This document shows, one piece after another, positions 12,709 to 25,358 of a stretch of 64,000 bases of DNA. Location: NCBI GenBank assembly GCA_024704765.1, contig JAKMXF010000324.1, positions 248,001-312,000 of the forward strand. Reading direction: 5' to 3'. The stretch's first letter is position 1, and each line of letters starts with the position of its first letter. The stretch comes from Oopsacas minuta (Eukaryota; Animalia; Porifera). Made by a program: the position numbers and the translations under genes. A model generated the notes under the pieces. It had not been told where the DNA came from. It saw only the letters and a list, made by a program, of their open reading frames with translations, and ran no database searches.

Positions 12709-14196
12709 GTGATGTCAAGCTTCAAACTCGATCTTATTATACCCAATAACAAACTTACAAATTACATTAATGGTAAATTCTCACCTGCTGACAATTATAT
12801 TGACAGTGAAAATCCTGCTACCGCCCAGAATATCTTCCAACTCCCAGATTCAAATAAAACAGAAGTATTAGCTGCTGTAGAATCAGCGAAAACCGCTTTT
12901 CTATCCTGGTCTAGGACCCCACCAGCCAAGAGATGTAAGTACCTTCTAAAAATCGCGGATCTAATCGAGGAAAATTTTGAAATATTCGTTCAAGCTGAAT
13001 CGCAGGATCAAGGTAAGACCTTGACGACCGCAAGGACAATAGATATTCCGCGGGTATTGCTAAACTTTCGTGCATTCGCAGTTACAACTCCAGATAAATT
13101 AGAAACATCCTTCCACCAACCTGAAACAAATTCCATTAACTATTCACTCAGATCTCCTCGAGGAGTTGTAGCACTTATTTCACCATGGAATTTGCCTTTA
13201 TATCTTCTATCATTTAAAATAGCCCCAGTTCTTGCTGCTGGCTGTACTATAGTAGCTAAACCTAGCGAGATGACCTCATGGACTGCTTGGCTGTTAGCTA
13301 GAGTGATGGAAGCAGCGGGACTACCTCCTGGTGTGTGTAATATCGTGTTTGGAAGGGGGCCTACTACTGGGATGGAGATTCTAAGGAACCCATGTGTTAG
13401 CGCAGTGTCATTCACAGGTAGCACCGCGACTGGTGAAATTGTAGCCAGAGAAAGCGCGCCATTCCACCGGAAACTGTCCTTAGAGCTTGGTGGTAAAAAC
13501 GCAGGGATTATATTCAATGATGTCAACATGGAAAAATGCCTGTTAATTATGCTACGATCATCATATGCAAATCAGGGCGAAGTATGTCTGTGTACAAGTA
13601 GAATTTATGTACAGGAAGATGTATTTGATAGTTTTGTAAGTAAATTCGTGGATTGTGTTAAGAATCTGGTTATAGGACCTCCTGATGATCCTAACAGTAG
13701 CTTGGGTGCATTAATTAGCCAACAACATTGGAATAAAGTAGCAGGGTATGTAGAATTGGCCAAGAAGGAAGGGGCGAACATATTGTGCGGGCATACGAAA
13801 GATCCTCTCCCAGAAATGCCTGAGAAGAACCGCAAGGGGTATTTCATGCTGCCGACAGTTATAACAAAGGTGACAGATGACAGTAGGTTAATGAAGGAAG
13901 AGATATTCGGACCAGTTGTGTGTATTAGTTCGTTTAAAACAGAAGATGAAGTTATTGCACGGGCTAACAACGTTAAATACGGTCTATGCGCTTCTATTTG
14001 GACAGAGAATGTTGGTAGAGTTCATAGAATGGCTCGTGACCTGGATGTTGGGACAGTATGGGTAAACTGCTGGCTTGTCCGGGCGCTAAACATGCCGTTT
14101 GGGGGTGTCAAGGATTCTGGCGTTGGGCGAGAGGGACTCAATCATTCTTACGAGTTCTTTACTGACGAGAAAACAGTTTGTATTCAACACGATTGA
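12709..14196 (+). CDS. ALDH8A1: Aldehyde dehydrogenase 8A1 (2-aminomuconic semialdehyde dehydrogenase), intronless
   Basis: AESQDQGKTLTTARTIDIPR, SPWNLPLYLLSFKIAP, FTGST, LELGGKN, catalytic GEVCLC, EEIFGPV and NCWLVRALNMPFGGVKDSGVGREG are all characteristic of ALDH8A1. Confidence 0.93.
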   Translation: MMSSFKLDLIIPNNKLTNYINGKFSPADNYIDSENPATAQNIFQLPDSNKTEVLAAVESAKTAFLSWSRTPPAKRCKYLLKIADLIEENFEIFVQAESQDQGKTLTTARTIDIPRVLLNFRAFAVTTPDKLETSFHQPETNSINYSLRSPRGVVALISPWNLPLYLLSFKIAPVLAAGCTIVAKPSEMTSWTAWLLARVMEAAGLPPGVCNIVFGRGPTTGMEILRNPCVSAVSFTGSTATGEIVARESAPFHRKLSLELGGKNAGIIFNDVNMEKCLLIMLRSSYANQGEVCLCTSRIYVQEDVFDSFVSKFVDCVKNLVIGPPDDPNSSLGALISQQHWNKVAGYVELAKKEGANILCGHTKDPLPEMPEKNRKGYFMLPTVITKVTDDSRLMKEEIFGPVVCISSFKTEDEVIARANNVKYGLCASIWTENVGRVHRMARDLDVGTVWVNCWLVRALNMPFGGVKDSGVGREGLNHSYEFFTDEKTVCIQHD

Positions 14197-14550
14197 GTTT
14201 CATATTATTTATTAATAGTAACAGATAGGACCAAAACTTCAAAATCGAAGTTGTTAAACTTCCACTTTCAATTTCTAATAGTAACGTATATCAGTGTAAC
14301 ATGATTACTTCTTATAAATACACACATTTGATTTACTAATATCTATTATTAGATTACTCACTGATTTTCCATATAATTCCCGGAATAGGAGCATTTTATC
14401 CACTTTTGTACTTGTAGCAGAGTTCCTCCTAAAATGCATACCATTAATACATGATCGTTGTTAAGGCCAGAATTTAATCCATAAAATAATCAGAAAGTTT
14501 TACGTTCTGTTTGTATGTGTTTAAGTTAGTACATAACTAAATACAGAAAT

Positions 14551-15282
14551 TCAAATACTCCCTAACTGGTGAGCTGTTATCTTGAGACTCTTGACTTGTC
14601 CCTCCAGTTCTTTAATGTCATTCCTTTGTGTACTGAGTTTGTGTTTATGCATTGTAGCATAGATATAGAATGAAACAATTATAAGCAGAATTAGAATAGG
14701 AATTACAATTGAAGTTCCAATAATTGGGGCGATAACATTGTCTATTGAATGTGTTACGTTTGTAGTTTCATATCTCGCGAATTTTATCCAAAGAACTAGA
14801 GTTACGAGGATAACCATAAGGAAGTTACCCCACAAGTTTGAAATAAACCAAGACATCTGAATGAAGAAATTCAACTTGCGATGTGGCGAATGGTAGATAA
14901 TTTCCGGTACATATGTCTCTGATATTGTATCGAGTGTAGGGAGGATTGAAGAGGAGATAGCCAGGGAAATAAGATGTGAAAATATGAGTATAGTTGTTAC
15001 AATACAAAATGCAACCAACAACACAATTGGTGTATTTTCTACGTTGTATTGTATTTCAATCATTGCAACCATTGCGAATCCTGCCATTAACGAAGAGATT
15101 TTCGCGGAAGTTTGCAGTTTAGATTTCGCGAGTTTCAATTCAGTCCACAGTGACAATAATTCGGGCGTAGCTCGTATATTACTATCAAATCTAACCTCGT
15201 TATTCAGGCTATATTGTCTAAACCCGAGCATGTTTCCGCTTTCAAAACTATTCTCCCTCATAGCTTGTGGATTAAAGGACAT
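14551..15282 (-). CDS. ORAI: Orai/CRAC calcium channel subunit (divergent TM3)
   Basis: TM1 LKLAKSKLQTSAKISSLMAGFAMVAMIEIQ retains the selectivity Glu; TM2 HLISLAISSSILP; SPHRKL loop; TM3 ends WIKF; TM4 present. Confidence 0.92.
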   Translation of the reverse strand: MSFNPQAMRENSFESGNMLGFRQYSLNNEVRFDSNIRATPELLSLWTELKLAKSKLQTSAKISSLMAGFAMVAMIEIQYNVENTPIVLLVAFCIVTTILIFSHLISLAISSSILPTLDTISETYVPEIIYHSPHRKLNFFIQMSWFISNLWGNFLMVILVTLVLWIKFARYETTNVTHSIDNVIAPIIGTSIVIPILILLIIVSFYIYATMHKHKLSTQRNDIKELEGQVKSLKITAHQLGSI

Positions 15283-15405
15283 CTGTCTAAAATCTATAAT
15301 ATTCAGTGAAAGATATTCTATTCTGTTGTTTTATGCAATTAAGCTAGTAACAATTGTTATTGACGTGGTTAGCTATTATTGGCTTATTATCTAAACAAGT
15401 TAATT

Positions 15406-15790
15406 ACAGTCAATTCCCGTTACATCAAAGCTCAAGGAACCGCGATAATTACTTTGATATATGCAGAGTTCGGTATAACCGATGTTACTTTGACGTTTTG
15501 ACTACACAAGGCTGGATTCGGTTAGCCGGTTAACCGCCGCTCTATCCAGTTAACTACCCAAGAAAAATATATTCGGGTAACCGGATAGCATCATTTCCAA
15601 CCATATATTCATAATTCCTCAGGTTCTAAGAGGTAAGAAAATATATACACAGGAAATCTGCTAGTTAAGTATTTTTGAGATGTTAACCGCTATTATCGAA
15701 AAGGTTTAACCGCGACCGAAATTCGGTTAACCCCCCCCCCCCCCCCCCCCAGCCCTGGACTACATTTGTACAATTCCAGACCCTTCTGTT
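15406..15790. mobile_element. MITE family A copy interrupted by a nested hAT-like element at 15507-15757
   Basis: The family A left half resumes after the insert. The insert has CAAGGCTG / CAGCCCTG ends and is flanked by a GACTACA direct repeat. Confidence 0.7.
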
Positions 15791-16301
15791 CATATTAATC
15801 GACCCTGACTGTATCTCTGTTCGATATAATGGGAGTTGACTGTTACAACTTAACCCGTACTACTCGACTCTTCAAGCTATTTGTATATAATTGAAGTTAG
15901 TGATATATAATTTTACAATTTGCATAAAGGTTTTCAGCCCTACATACGCATATACATGACTTCTATTGTTTGATAAAATAGTGAGCATTGTATAGACGAT
16001 AACGTGTTATCTCTATACAATTACTTCTTTAACCCCACTACTGATGAATTATCTTATTTGTTATTACTGATAGAAATGTGTGATATTACAATGTCTACTA
16101 TGCATTATGTGTGGTGTATGGCTCTTGTACGGCGGGATAATTCTAGAAAATGTACACGTAATATTAGAGATAATATATATATGTTTTCTTAAGTATTATG
16201 TTGCAAAACTTATTTGAGTTCACTTACAAATTATATATCACAGATTACTATTATTTTTTAACATTGATTGAGCTGGGAGAGGGAGATTGTATTGTTGCTA
16301 A

Positions 16302-17297
16302 TTAAGTTGTTCGGTTGGTTTTCTGAAGTAGTATTTCCATCATTTCTTCTGACACACAATAGTGAATCGGGAGTAGATCTTCAGCATTCCATTTCTCCTT
16401 ATTTGCACCATACTGTATCAATAACTCGACACATCCAATGTTATTGCATGCTACTCCTATATGTAGCGGAGTATTCCCATACCCGTTATCTTGATCTATG
16501 AACTCAATTTGCTTGTGTTGAGGTATTCGTAGTAGAATATATTCCAGCAGCATAGCATCCCCTATTTCCATAAGTTGGTGCAGTATAGTTGAATGTGATT
16601 TAGACATTATTATCATAAGACATTCATCTTTAAATCTATCTCCAATCACTCCCTCTTGGTAATCAGGGTCCAATAGATCAATGAGCAAGTTGATGTCATG
16701 ATGTATTTCTATGGCCGTATGGATTGGGGTCATTCCTTCATGGTCTTTGGCTGATAGAAGTTTTCTTTCTATTTCTTTGACCTGAGATGTATATTCCCTA
16801 TTATTCTTACGATCCATTAAGGCTTGGTGAATACACTCTGTGAATCCTATCAAATTTTGTTCTGCAATGTAGTGATACACATTTTTTAGCTTCCAATCGG
16901 TTGTCAAGGGATTGCATCCTATTTCAAGCAATGATTTTAACATGTTTGTGTCTCTGAACAGTATGCAAATGTGTAGTACAGTCTGTCCATGTTTATTTCT
17001 TCCATTCAAAAACTTTGAGATGCGAACTAAATCAGATTTTGTTTTTGGAGCAGTCTTAATCTTTTGGATTATCAAATTGAACATTTCTACATTGTGTTGT
17101 ATAACGCATAACATTATGCTTGTGTATCCCTTCTCATTATGTCCATACAGAATCATGTCTAGAGATATTGTATCTGAGATTGTGCTTATGTCGTGGCCAG
17201 GGTACTCGCAAAAGGAAATGAATTTCCTCATTCTTTCGATGTATTCTTCTAAAGTCATTTGCTTGTTGTATTTTAGTTTAAAACCGTCAGCTTGCAT
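16302..17297 (-). CDS. Ankyrin-repeat protein, intronless
   Basis: Repeats include GYTSIMLCV, GQTVLHICI, GMTPIHTAI and GNTPLHIGVACNNIGCVELLIQYGA. Confidence 0.85.
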   Translation of the reverse strand: MQADGFKLKYNKQMTLEEYIERMRKFISFCEYPGHDISTISDTISLDMILYGHNEKGYTSIMLCVIQHNVEMFNLIIQKIKTAPKTKSDLVRISKFLNGRNKHGQTVLHICILFRDTNMLKSLLEIGCNPLTTDWKLKNVYHYIAEQNLIGFTECIHQALMDRKNNREYTSQVKEIERKLLSAKDHEGMTPIHTAIEIHHDINLLIDLLDPDYQEGVIGDRFKDECLMIIMSKSHSTILHQLMEIGDAMLLEYILLRIPQHKQIEFIDQDNGYGNTPLHIGVACNNIGCVELLIQYGANKEKWNAEDLLPIHYCVSEEMMEILLQKTNRTT

Positions 17298-18336
17298 CCT
17301 TATCGCTTGTTTAAGTGTTTTGAATAATTAAATGGTTAAAAGCTGAATCTTATGTATTTATAGGAGAACCATGTGTAATATTTTTGTCATGTAAAAACTT
17401 TTGTTGCTGATTTAAATTTCCGAAAAATTTTTTATTTTAACAACCATTGACAGAAGATGTTATTTACATTTTATTGAATTTCCAGTACTTTCTAGTAATT
17501 ATACTTCATCATATGATTCAAAAGTAGCTATTTTTAGATATTTGTATATCAAATTACTTATTTCTATCTCAGCTATTACTATAGTACAGTTTTTGTGTTT
17601 TAGCTTTTTTATGTTCGAGGAAAAGTCATTTGTTAGGCCTAAAGAAAGACACCTTTGGGGACTGAGGGTATGGGGTTTGGTAATGCGGAAATGGTTCGAC
17701 TTTCCAAAATCAGAAATAGTTCGAATGAAAAGCAATTTCGGAAATAGTTAGACGGTAGAATTTTGTCGAACTATTTCCATCATACCAGGGGTTTTTGTAT
17801 TACAAAAAACTGTACTATACTATATTTAAGCTATATATAAGGTATCTGTTTGTATATTATAATATGATATAAGAATTCTATAGAAAACTGATAAAGAAGT
17901 TATTAGCAAAATATTGAAACCTGAGACAAACCTGAAATCTTATAATACATTTAAGGCAGGCTGCAGCGTTTCCCAGAGATTCATAGATCACTTGTTAAAA
18001 TTTGTTTTGGGGGACAGGAAGCGCTGTCTTAAGAGGTAAACATAAGCCTAAGAAGATATACACAAGTAATATTCTAATTTCATTCTTTAGTAAAGAAATG
18101 ACTTCCAAATTATATTCAGATTAACTCGACTATTGTTTTCTTTCAAAATATTTCATTATTGCTTTGTATTGACACTGAATTAATGAGTATGTTGTCATAG
18201 ACATAGCACAAATACTTTACATTCTTCTCACATTCCAATCTTTGCGAATTATTACGTCGTCATACTATTGTATGCATTCTATATTGAGATAAAACATTGA
18301 ATCAGACAATACTATACTACAATTTGTAATTACGAT

Positions 18337-21300
18337 ATGAACCAAGTTGAAACTTTATCAGAGTCTGATAAAATTGAACAGCTCATGGTGGAGTTGGATA
18401 AATTAAAGAAGGAGAACCAGATCCTCAAACAGATGAGCACTGCAACTAAACTACCGACACCCCCAGCAGAGGATAAGAAAGAGCCAGAACAGCCCAACAC
18501 ACAAGCAATCTTACCCAGAATGGGACCAAGGTTTGTATGTAAACTCCTGTTATACCGAACACGGATATATCAAAATACGAATACCAGCTTACATTGAAGT
18601 CTAAAATTGTACAAATATGGTCCCAAACCATCAAAGCAATATATATTTTATCGGATATAACCAGCCCTGCTTTTATCCCTAATATTATCGCGGTCCCTTG
18701 AGCTTCGATATAACAGGAGAGTTTACAGTAATATTTACTATTCTCCACATATTTTCCGACCTTGCTGATTATTTTGCATTTTTCCAGGTTCAAAATTAGC
18801 TAATCTTAGCGAATCTAAATACAATTTTTTGCTAATGCGGAGTTCTTAGAAATCTAATTTGCTTAGCTGACAAGTATTCTTGGATAATTTAGAAAGGCTT
18901 TGTAGCAAAATTTGGGACATTTAGACACCTCTTATTATTATTTATTATGTATAATAAGGGTTATTAACAACTGCTAATATTTCATATATATATTGTACTA
19001 CTTCTGCCAGGGGGATGTGATTGCTCAATACTGTTTTGGCTGATGTAAGACTTGCATTTGTATATTGTTTGGGTCAATTTCTATGTAAAATTTGAACATT
19101 CGAATCGGACAGACTCACAGACCCATGTAAAATCCATCAAATATGATTAATCACCGAAAAAGGTGTGAAACATAACTATACACCAAAAATGTATCTACAG
19201 TCAATTCCCGTTACATCAAAGCTCAAGGAACCGCGATAATTACTTCGGTATAAGCCATGAACTTTGATGGTTTAGGAACTTATTTGCACAATCTAAGACT
19301 TCAATATAACTGGAGTTGACTTTAATACATTTACAGATCCCGAGAAGAGAAGATAAAATCTTATGACAAGGAAATACAGAGATTAATCACGGAAACTGAA
19401 AAGGAGCAACATGACGCTAATAACTTTGAATCACAGCAAAGACATTACCGTGGAAAACTAGCTAAACTGGAACAAGCTAACTGTAGTAATCCCAAGGCAG
19501 AAGTAAGTAATAAATCTTCAAAAGGAGATAGACTATAACATACTGCTAGTTATGAATTACAGTGGAGTTCGCCTATTAGCGAATCGATATAATTTCCTCA
19601 CAATACACAGTAGAAATCTGTTTTGTGTCCATTTATTTACACAATGAATGAAGAATCATATCCGCAAATACTTCGAAGATATTTGCAGCCAAAAACTATG
19701 TTTACAATTATTCGATATTTTCGAGGAAAAAGTCCAATAATTAACATAACAAGTGTCATAATACTCCGATTTCAACTGTAGTATATAATCCTATCTAAAT
19801 ATACACAGGTACTCAAACAGCATTTCCTTGAAGAGCTAGACCGTATATCATATGAGATGTTTAATGCACTAGGCTCCTCAACTGAACAAACTCTTAGACG
19901 GAAGCTAAGAGCTGTTAGAATTGATAATATAGCTTCACAATTATCTTGTCTCAGTGATAACAAAATTGACACAAAGGTAAGTGTTCCTCCATTGTGGCTA
20001 CAGGGGAGTCTACATAATCTCAAAATTTGTAATGCAGTCTATGGGAGGGGTCCAAATTCGGATTCAGCATACGCGATTCCCCCTTTGTAGCCGTTGAGAG
20101 CAAGTTCCTCGTATATTTTGAAAATTCAGTAATTTGTTTACTTTACATTCATAAAAACAACAATAAATGTACATATGAATAATTCTGAAGTGTGTTACTA
20201 TGGTGCTCTGGAATGTTTATATAAGGCAATAGTTCCTCATGTGTTTATTTTCACACCTATTCAAAATGAGGTATAATATATACATATTTATGAACAGGAC
20301 CAAACGGTACCCCCTCAAGAAAACGGTGAATACAAAGAGAAACCTTGGACACATGACGACTCCCTTCTCCCTAGTCCCTCACCCTCCTCCTCTTCAGTAT
20401 CACACTCCAGTTACTCTCGTCATGGGCACGCAGATCAACCAGCTAGCGAGGTTAGCTTGCCTCACAGTCAGTTCAGTTCTAATTCATCTCTACCCAGACC
20501 TAACTGCGTGAAAGCGTAAGTAAAAACTGGATTACGTCATAATTATAAGTAATGAGACACTTGTTTCAGCTCCATATAATGTCCATCAGAGCATGCAGGC
20601 CAAATTTCAATGACTCTCCTTCTAAATATGTTAATTAAGCGTGTTAGAGGCGGTCTGTTACTTCTATTCACCCGTTAGTTAGTAAATATATTGTGTAGTT
20701 GAATTTCATTGATCAAATGGTGAGATAATGACAATATTCATGCGATAGGTAAACTTGATGCGGGCGGTGGAGCTGAAACAAGTTTCTAGCAAACTGTAGC
20801 CTCTTATTATGGATTTACTTCTTAGCTTGCTCTTAAAATAACCCCAATTGATGCAAGAATGCTACAATTGCTTTGTAGCTGACGCCAGACATATGTGTAG
20901 CTTTTCATACTGACTTCTCCATTGCACAATTAAATAAGTTGTTTGACCATTATAACAGAATGTAAACTACCTAATTCTTGTTGAAGTATACTTTGCTGAT
21001 ATAATATTGCTAGATTGCATTTTAACAACAATAAACTCTCGTTAATACGAATTGCTTGGGTCCTAGTTATTATTTCCTTATAAGCGGAGTAGAATCAATT
21101 ACTTTGGAGCTATAGCGGGTAAAGAATCATTTCATTTTAACGAGAGTTTCGTAATATCCGACTTGGTTATGACAGGAGATTACTGTACTTGAAGTGCTAA
21201 CTAGGAATAACTACGTATATCTGTTGTCTGCATTCTTTCCCCAATTTGCTTATGATGAACTCTTAAATATGCTAATACTTCACATCAATTTTCGCTCTTT

Positions 21301-24300
21301 CAGTTTCAATTATAATAACATTCTCAAAGAGAAATATATAATTAGTTCTTGTATAAATAATGACTGAACTCTTTTAGTAAATCTGAGACAGTCCAAGAGC
21401 ATTGGAAAAAGCTTCAGAATACTTTCCGTCTTTCCAGTGCTACAGCCACTCTTACAACAAAGGTCCGTAGCAATAGCCATCGGCGATCGTCCTCCGTTAA
21501 TAAAATGGATATTCAGAATTCTCCTAGAGTATCATCGCCCCCGATCCGTCCAGCTCCAGTTTGTCCGCTCCGCTCACAATCTTTTACTGGGCCAGAACGT
21601 GGTGTTACTGGAGCGAATAGAGGCTCTATGGGGGAGAGACTCAGTGCTAGTATTGAGAAGGGAGATATTAATCTGACACGATCTTCTATAAATTCATCTG
21701 AGATACCACCTTCAATAGTATCAGGTATGTACTCTCTTTCTTGTACAGTTATCTCCCGTTATATCGAAGTTATTAGCGCAAGCTTCGATATAACAGGAGT
21801 TGACTGTACTTCGACATAGCTGATGGAATACATGCTACTTGGACAGTTTGGGACCATATTTGTACAATTTCTGACTTCGATATGAGGGGTATATCGATAT
21901 AGCTGGAAGTTGAATGTATTATCAAAAATACAAATTTTTGGCAGAAACCATCCAATTATAGAGCTATACTTCATGTGACTATGTTTTTGTTCCTGGATGA
22001 AGTATAGAAATCATGCTAGTCAGTATCAAAGTAGTAACATTTATTAGAAAAGATATGAACTTATAAGAAATGCTTTTTGGTATTTAGGTTAGCCCCGGCC
22101 AAGCCGAGCACAAAATTTTTAACCTGCCTGCGAATTTTTGAGCATTTACAATCAATATCTTTACAGATTTGGTTGATGATGTAATATCAGATACGAACCA
22201 GGAAACACAAGATAATCCACAAATACTCGCAGAATATGTCGAATCACTTCTTTCAAAATTTGATACAGATGATCACGAATCATTCGCTTCATCCCTTCAA
22301 GCTGCTACCAATAGTCCACAACACTCGAAGGCCCTATTCAAGAAGGGGGTAGTAGAAAAATGTCTACGTCTCCTACATGGTATTGACGATAATTGGAAGT
22401 TTGTGTATCACAGTGATATCCGTGAGAGGATAGAAGAAGCTCTGTCTAATATTATAGGGTCTGTATATCGTAAGGAAAAGCTAGCTCTACAGATAAATTA
22501 TAATGTAAGAATGGTGAGAGATCAGTGTGAAGGTATGCTGGCTTGTATAAATGGAGATGTTGTTAGTGCTCAGTATAATGATGTGAGTTTGTACACACGT
22601 ATTTATCATATGATTAATCATATTTTCACACCTTTTGGTCTACTTGCAAATTGCACAAAATTGTAAGTAAATATTTGTGTTAGACATTTGAAAGTGTCAG
22701 AATTGAATTCTAATATTTGATCGTTTTTTACAAATTTCTGCCTTTTCAGTTCCCCAGGTTCCGTAACCGCACTCCTTCCTTATATGTTTATATATCTTAT
22801 CTACTGTTTGTAGTTATTGTCACTCCGTGAGAAGGTTTCAACAGGCCAATTCAAACAGCTCAGTACTTTCTCATACCAACCCGAAGCTATCGGGCTTATG
22901 ACACAATTAGGAGTATTATACGCGTTTGGAGAATATCTAGTCATAGACTATAGGATATTAAAACAGCTAAGAGGAGAGGGAAGACATACTGTCGAGGTTA
23001 ACGATCCCAAAGAGCTTGTTTATATAAAGAGATTGATTTGTGCAGTTCTGAGGAATTTGACTTATAGGGAGCCAAAGAATAAAGTCACGATTTGTTTGAT
23101 GTCAGAAGTTATGATCAGTTTGGTTAGTCAGTTGGATAGTGATAATGAGGATCTGTTGAATTCTACTGCTTCTCTTCTACGTAATTTAGCATGGAAAGCT
23201 GAGGATATCTCCAAGGTAATATCGATATATCCAAATACCCGCTTATATCAAAGTCTAAAATTGTACAAATATGGTCCCATGCGGTCAAAGTAACATATTT
23301 TCATCGGCCATATCGAAGTAATTATCACGGTCCCTTCGATATAACGGGAGCTGACTACATTTGTCTTATTCATTAAAGTTCTAGATCGTACTATAATGTC
23401 GCAAACATTTTTGTCTGTACTTTTGTAAGATAATTAATAAACATTACCAAACATGAAACTACAAATATATTACGAATAATATTACTTTTGCTAATAGGTT
23501 TCTTTCCAATAATACTTACTTTAGTATATTTATTCATTTTATGTGATTTTTCTAAATATTATTATTAATATTTTCACTTTTATCTTATTCATTTACTTAG
23601 GTTGCGTTAACAAAGTGCAATGCAACAGTAGGGTTAATCCGTGCACTAACTCAGAGGAATGTCAAGCAGGATAATATACTAGCGAATGTTACTAACGGGT
23701 TGGTAAACTTAACAAATCAATCCCCTGAGAATAAGATAATGTTCTGTGCTGCCCCAGGTGCAATACAGTATATGGTGAAGTTCTTGAGTTATACAAGTCC
23801 TAATGGGAACAAATCGGTAGGTTGCTAGAGATATACATACACGGACTAGGCCAATTGGACCTGATTAACCGGTGGCTCTATTAAGCAGAGCCTCCTGTAC
23901 TTAATAATTCTTGAATCCTTCAGTTTGTTACGCTTATTTTGAATCCTATGGATCAAAAATTATGTCATGCAGTACTCCATTTCTGACGTTACTTGACACT
24001 CAACAAATGTAGGACAGTTTGCAATATCGGATTACAAAGAATTGAATTCGCATTAACTACAGACTTATTACAAAATACAAACCCCCGAGCACTTCGTTTT
24101 GATATGAGTTTACCTGTAATTAACTATTTCCCTTTCTATCTAGGTTCTTGAGAATATAACAGGAATATTCTGTAATGTAAGTCAACACATAGCCAGCATG
24201 CCAGAACACATGCAAACTATCCGTCAGCTGAATGCATTGGAAAAACTCGTTTCCCTTCTATCAGATGAAAACGAGTTTGTCTTGACCCATGTATGTGGAA

Positions 24301-25358
24301 TTCTGAACAATCTTTCAGCTTCAAGTAGTGAGAATGTTGTCAGCCTATGGCAGTTACGAGCACCTCAGTTATTAAATCAACTCAGAGCCAATAAAAATAG
24401 AAATATCGTAGAGAGAGCTGAGATTGTGTTGAAACATTTGATTATCTCAAAGAACGGAGTTTCACTTTCAAACGAATTTACAGAAGAGTCTCTTATTTCT
24501 GAAAATCTTATTGAGGATTTTGATTATCCGAATGAAGCGACTCATTCCGATACAGCTCCAGAAGAGATTATACCTGTACAGACACAAAATCCTGACACGA
24601 AAAAGAAAGAACAAATTCAAGCGAATAGGAGCGAAGATGAATTTTCGAAATCTAACGAAAAACCCGCGAAAAAAACCAAGACAAAGAAAAAGTCCAAAAT
24701 AATGCAAAAGCTCTCATTCATAATTAAAGATGAATCGATCGCTTCTGCTTCGAAAAATGAAAATGACAAAATTGATCCAACGATGTCCCCCTCTCATTTC
24801 AAAGTAGACACGTTCCCTGATCGTCTTGATTTTAGCCAACAAAAGTCAACAGGTAGTCATTCTAGTGCGAAAACTCTCACGCCACATAGTTCCCCTCAAG
24901 CTCCCCACCACTACCTGCCTTGCCCTCATGATATATGCGTGCGTACTGATGAGATATATCCTCAATATCCTTGCATGCATTCCTATCAACCACATCAGTA
25001 TCCACATCATTTATTAGACATGCCGCCACCCCAGATGTATCACAGACGGCCTGTAACACAGCCTGACTATATCTCGTCTCATTTTATGAATATTCCACAG
25101 CACCATCACCATAAATATCCACACCATTCGCCGTATTCAGCACATAACTCCCCTTACAAACATTCACCGTACTCGCCACAGCCAATGCGACCCAATCACT
25201 TTAACCAAGCCGTCAATATCCACTATACCCAACAGCAACCTCACCGTATGAATCAGATATCTCGACACGACGCTGCCATGATGAAGGCCCGTCTTGATAA
25301 AAACTCAAAACTTCGCTCATACACAGACAGCCAAGGAGATCTCGTCACAGACCTATAG
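18337..25358 (+). CDS. APC: Adenomatous polyposis coli-like protein, short form (exons include 18337-18530, 19337-19503, 19809-19976, ~22168-22583, ~22816-23215, ~23601-23797, ~24144-25358)
   Basis: N-terminal coil EQLMVELDKLKKENQILKQ. Second coil ELDRISYEMFNALGSSTEQTLRRKLRAVRIDNI resembles human LEYEARQIRVAMEEQLGTCQDMEKRAQRRIARI. ARM repeats LRNLTY...NKVTIC...LVSQLDSDNEDLLNSTASLLRNLAWKA and VCGILNNLSA. The C-terminus is LVTDL. Confidence 0.85.
18536..18727. mobile_element. MITE family A (pogo/Tc1-like; TA-flanked; TIR approx. CAGTCAACTCCYGTTATATCG), in APC intron 1
   Basis: Inverted ends plus the shared internal motifs TTGTACAAATATGGTCCCAAACC and ATCGCGGTCCCTTGAGCTTCGATATAAC. Confidence 0.8.
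19196..19324. mobile_element. MITE family A copy
   Basis: Runs TACAGTCAATTCCCGTTACATCAAAGCTCAAGGAACCGCGATAATT...GGAGTTGAC; the 5' part is identical to 15406-15452. Confidence 0.8.
20555..20787. mobile_element. MITE family B copy in an APC intron
   Basis: ACTTGTTTCAGCTCCA ... GTGGAGCTGAAACAAGTTTC; colinear with 50013-50339. Confidence 0.8.
21744..21918. mobile_element. MITE family A, compound or deleted copies
   Basis: TACAGTTATCTCCCGTTATATCG...CGATATAACAGGAGTTGACTGTA followed by a further remnant. Confidence 0.7.
23220..23359. mobile_element. MITE family A copy (left end lost)
   Basis: Shared internal motifs and right TIR GATATAACGGGAGCTGACTACA. Confidence 0.7.

Noticed and set aside
14984-15394. 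136-aa + strand ORF overlapping Orai
   Set aside because: Antisense shadow of the Orai CDS with no recognisable motifs. The same applies to the shadow ORFs in ALDH8A1 (13140, 13605), the ankyrin gene (16912), the NHL genes (38998, 47212) and PPP2R3.
18446-18793. 115-aa - strand ORF, plus similar ORFs at 21759, 21773, 29119 (5' part), 54082 and 54113
   Set aside because: They run through MITE sequence or intron-exon junctions and are not independent genes.
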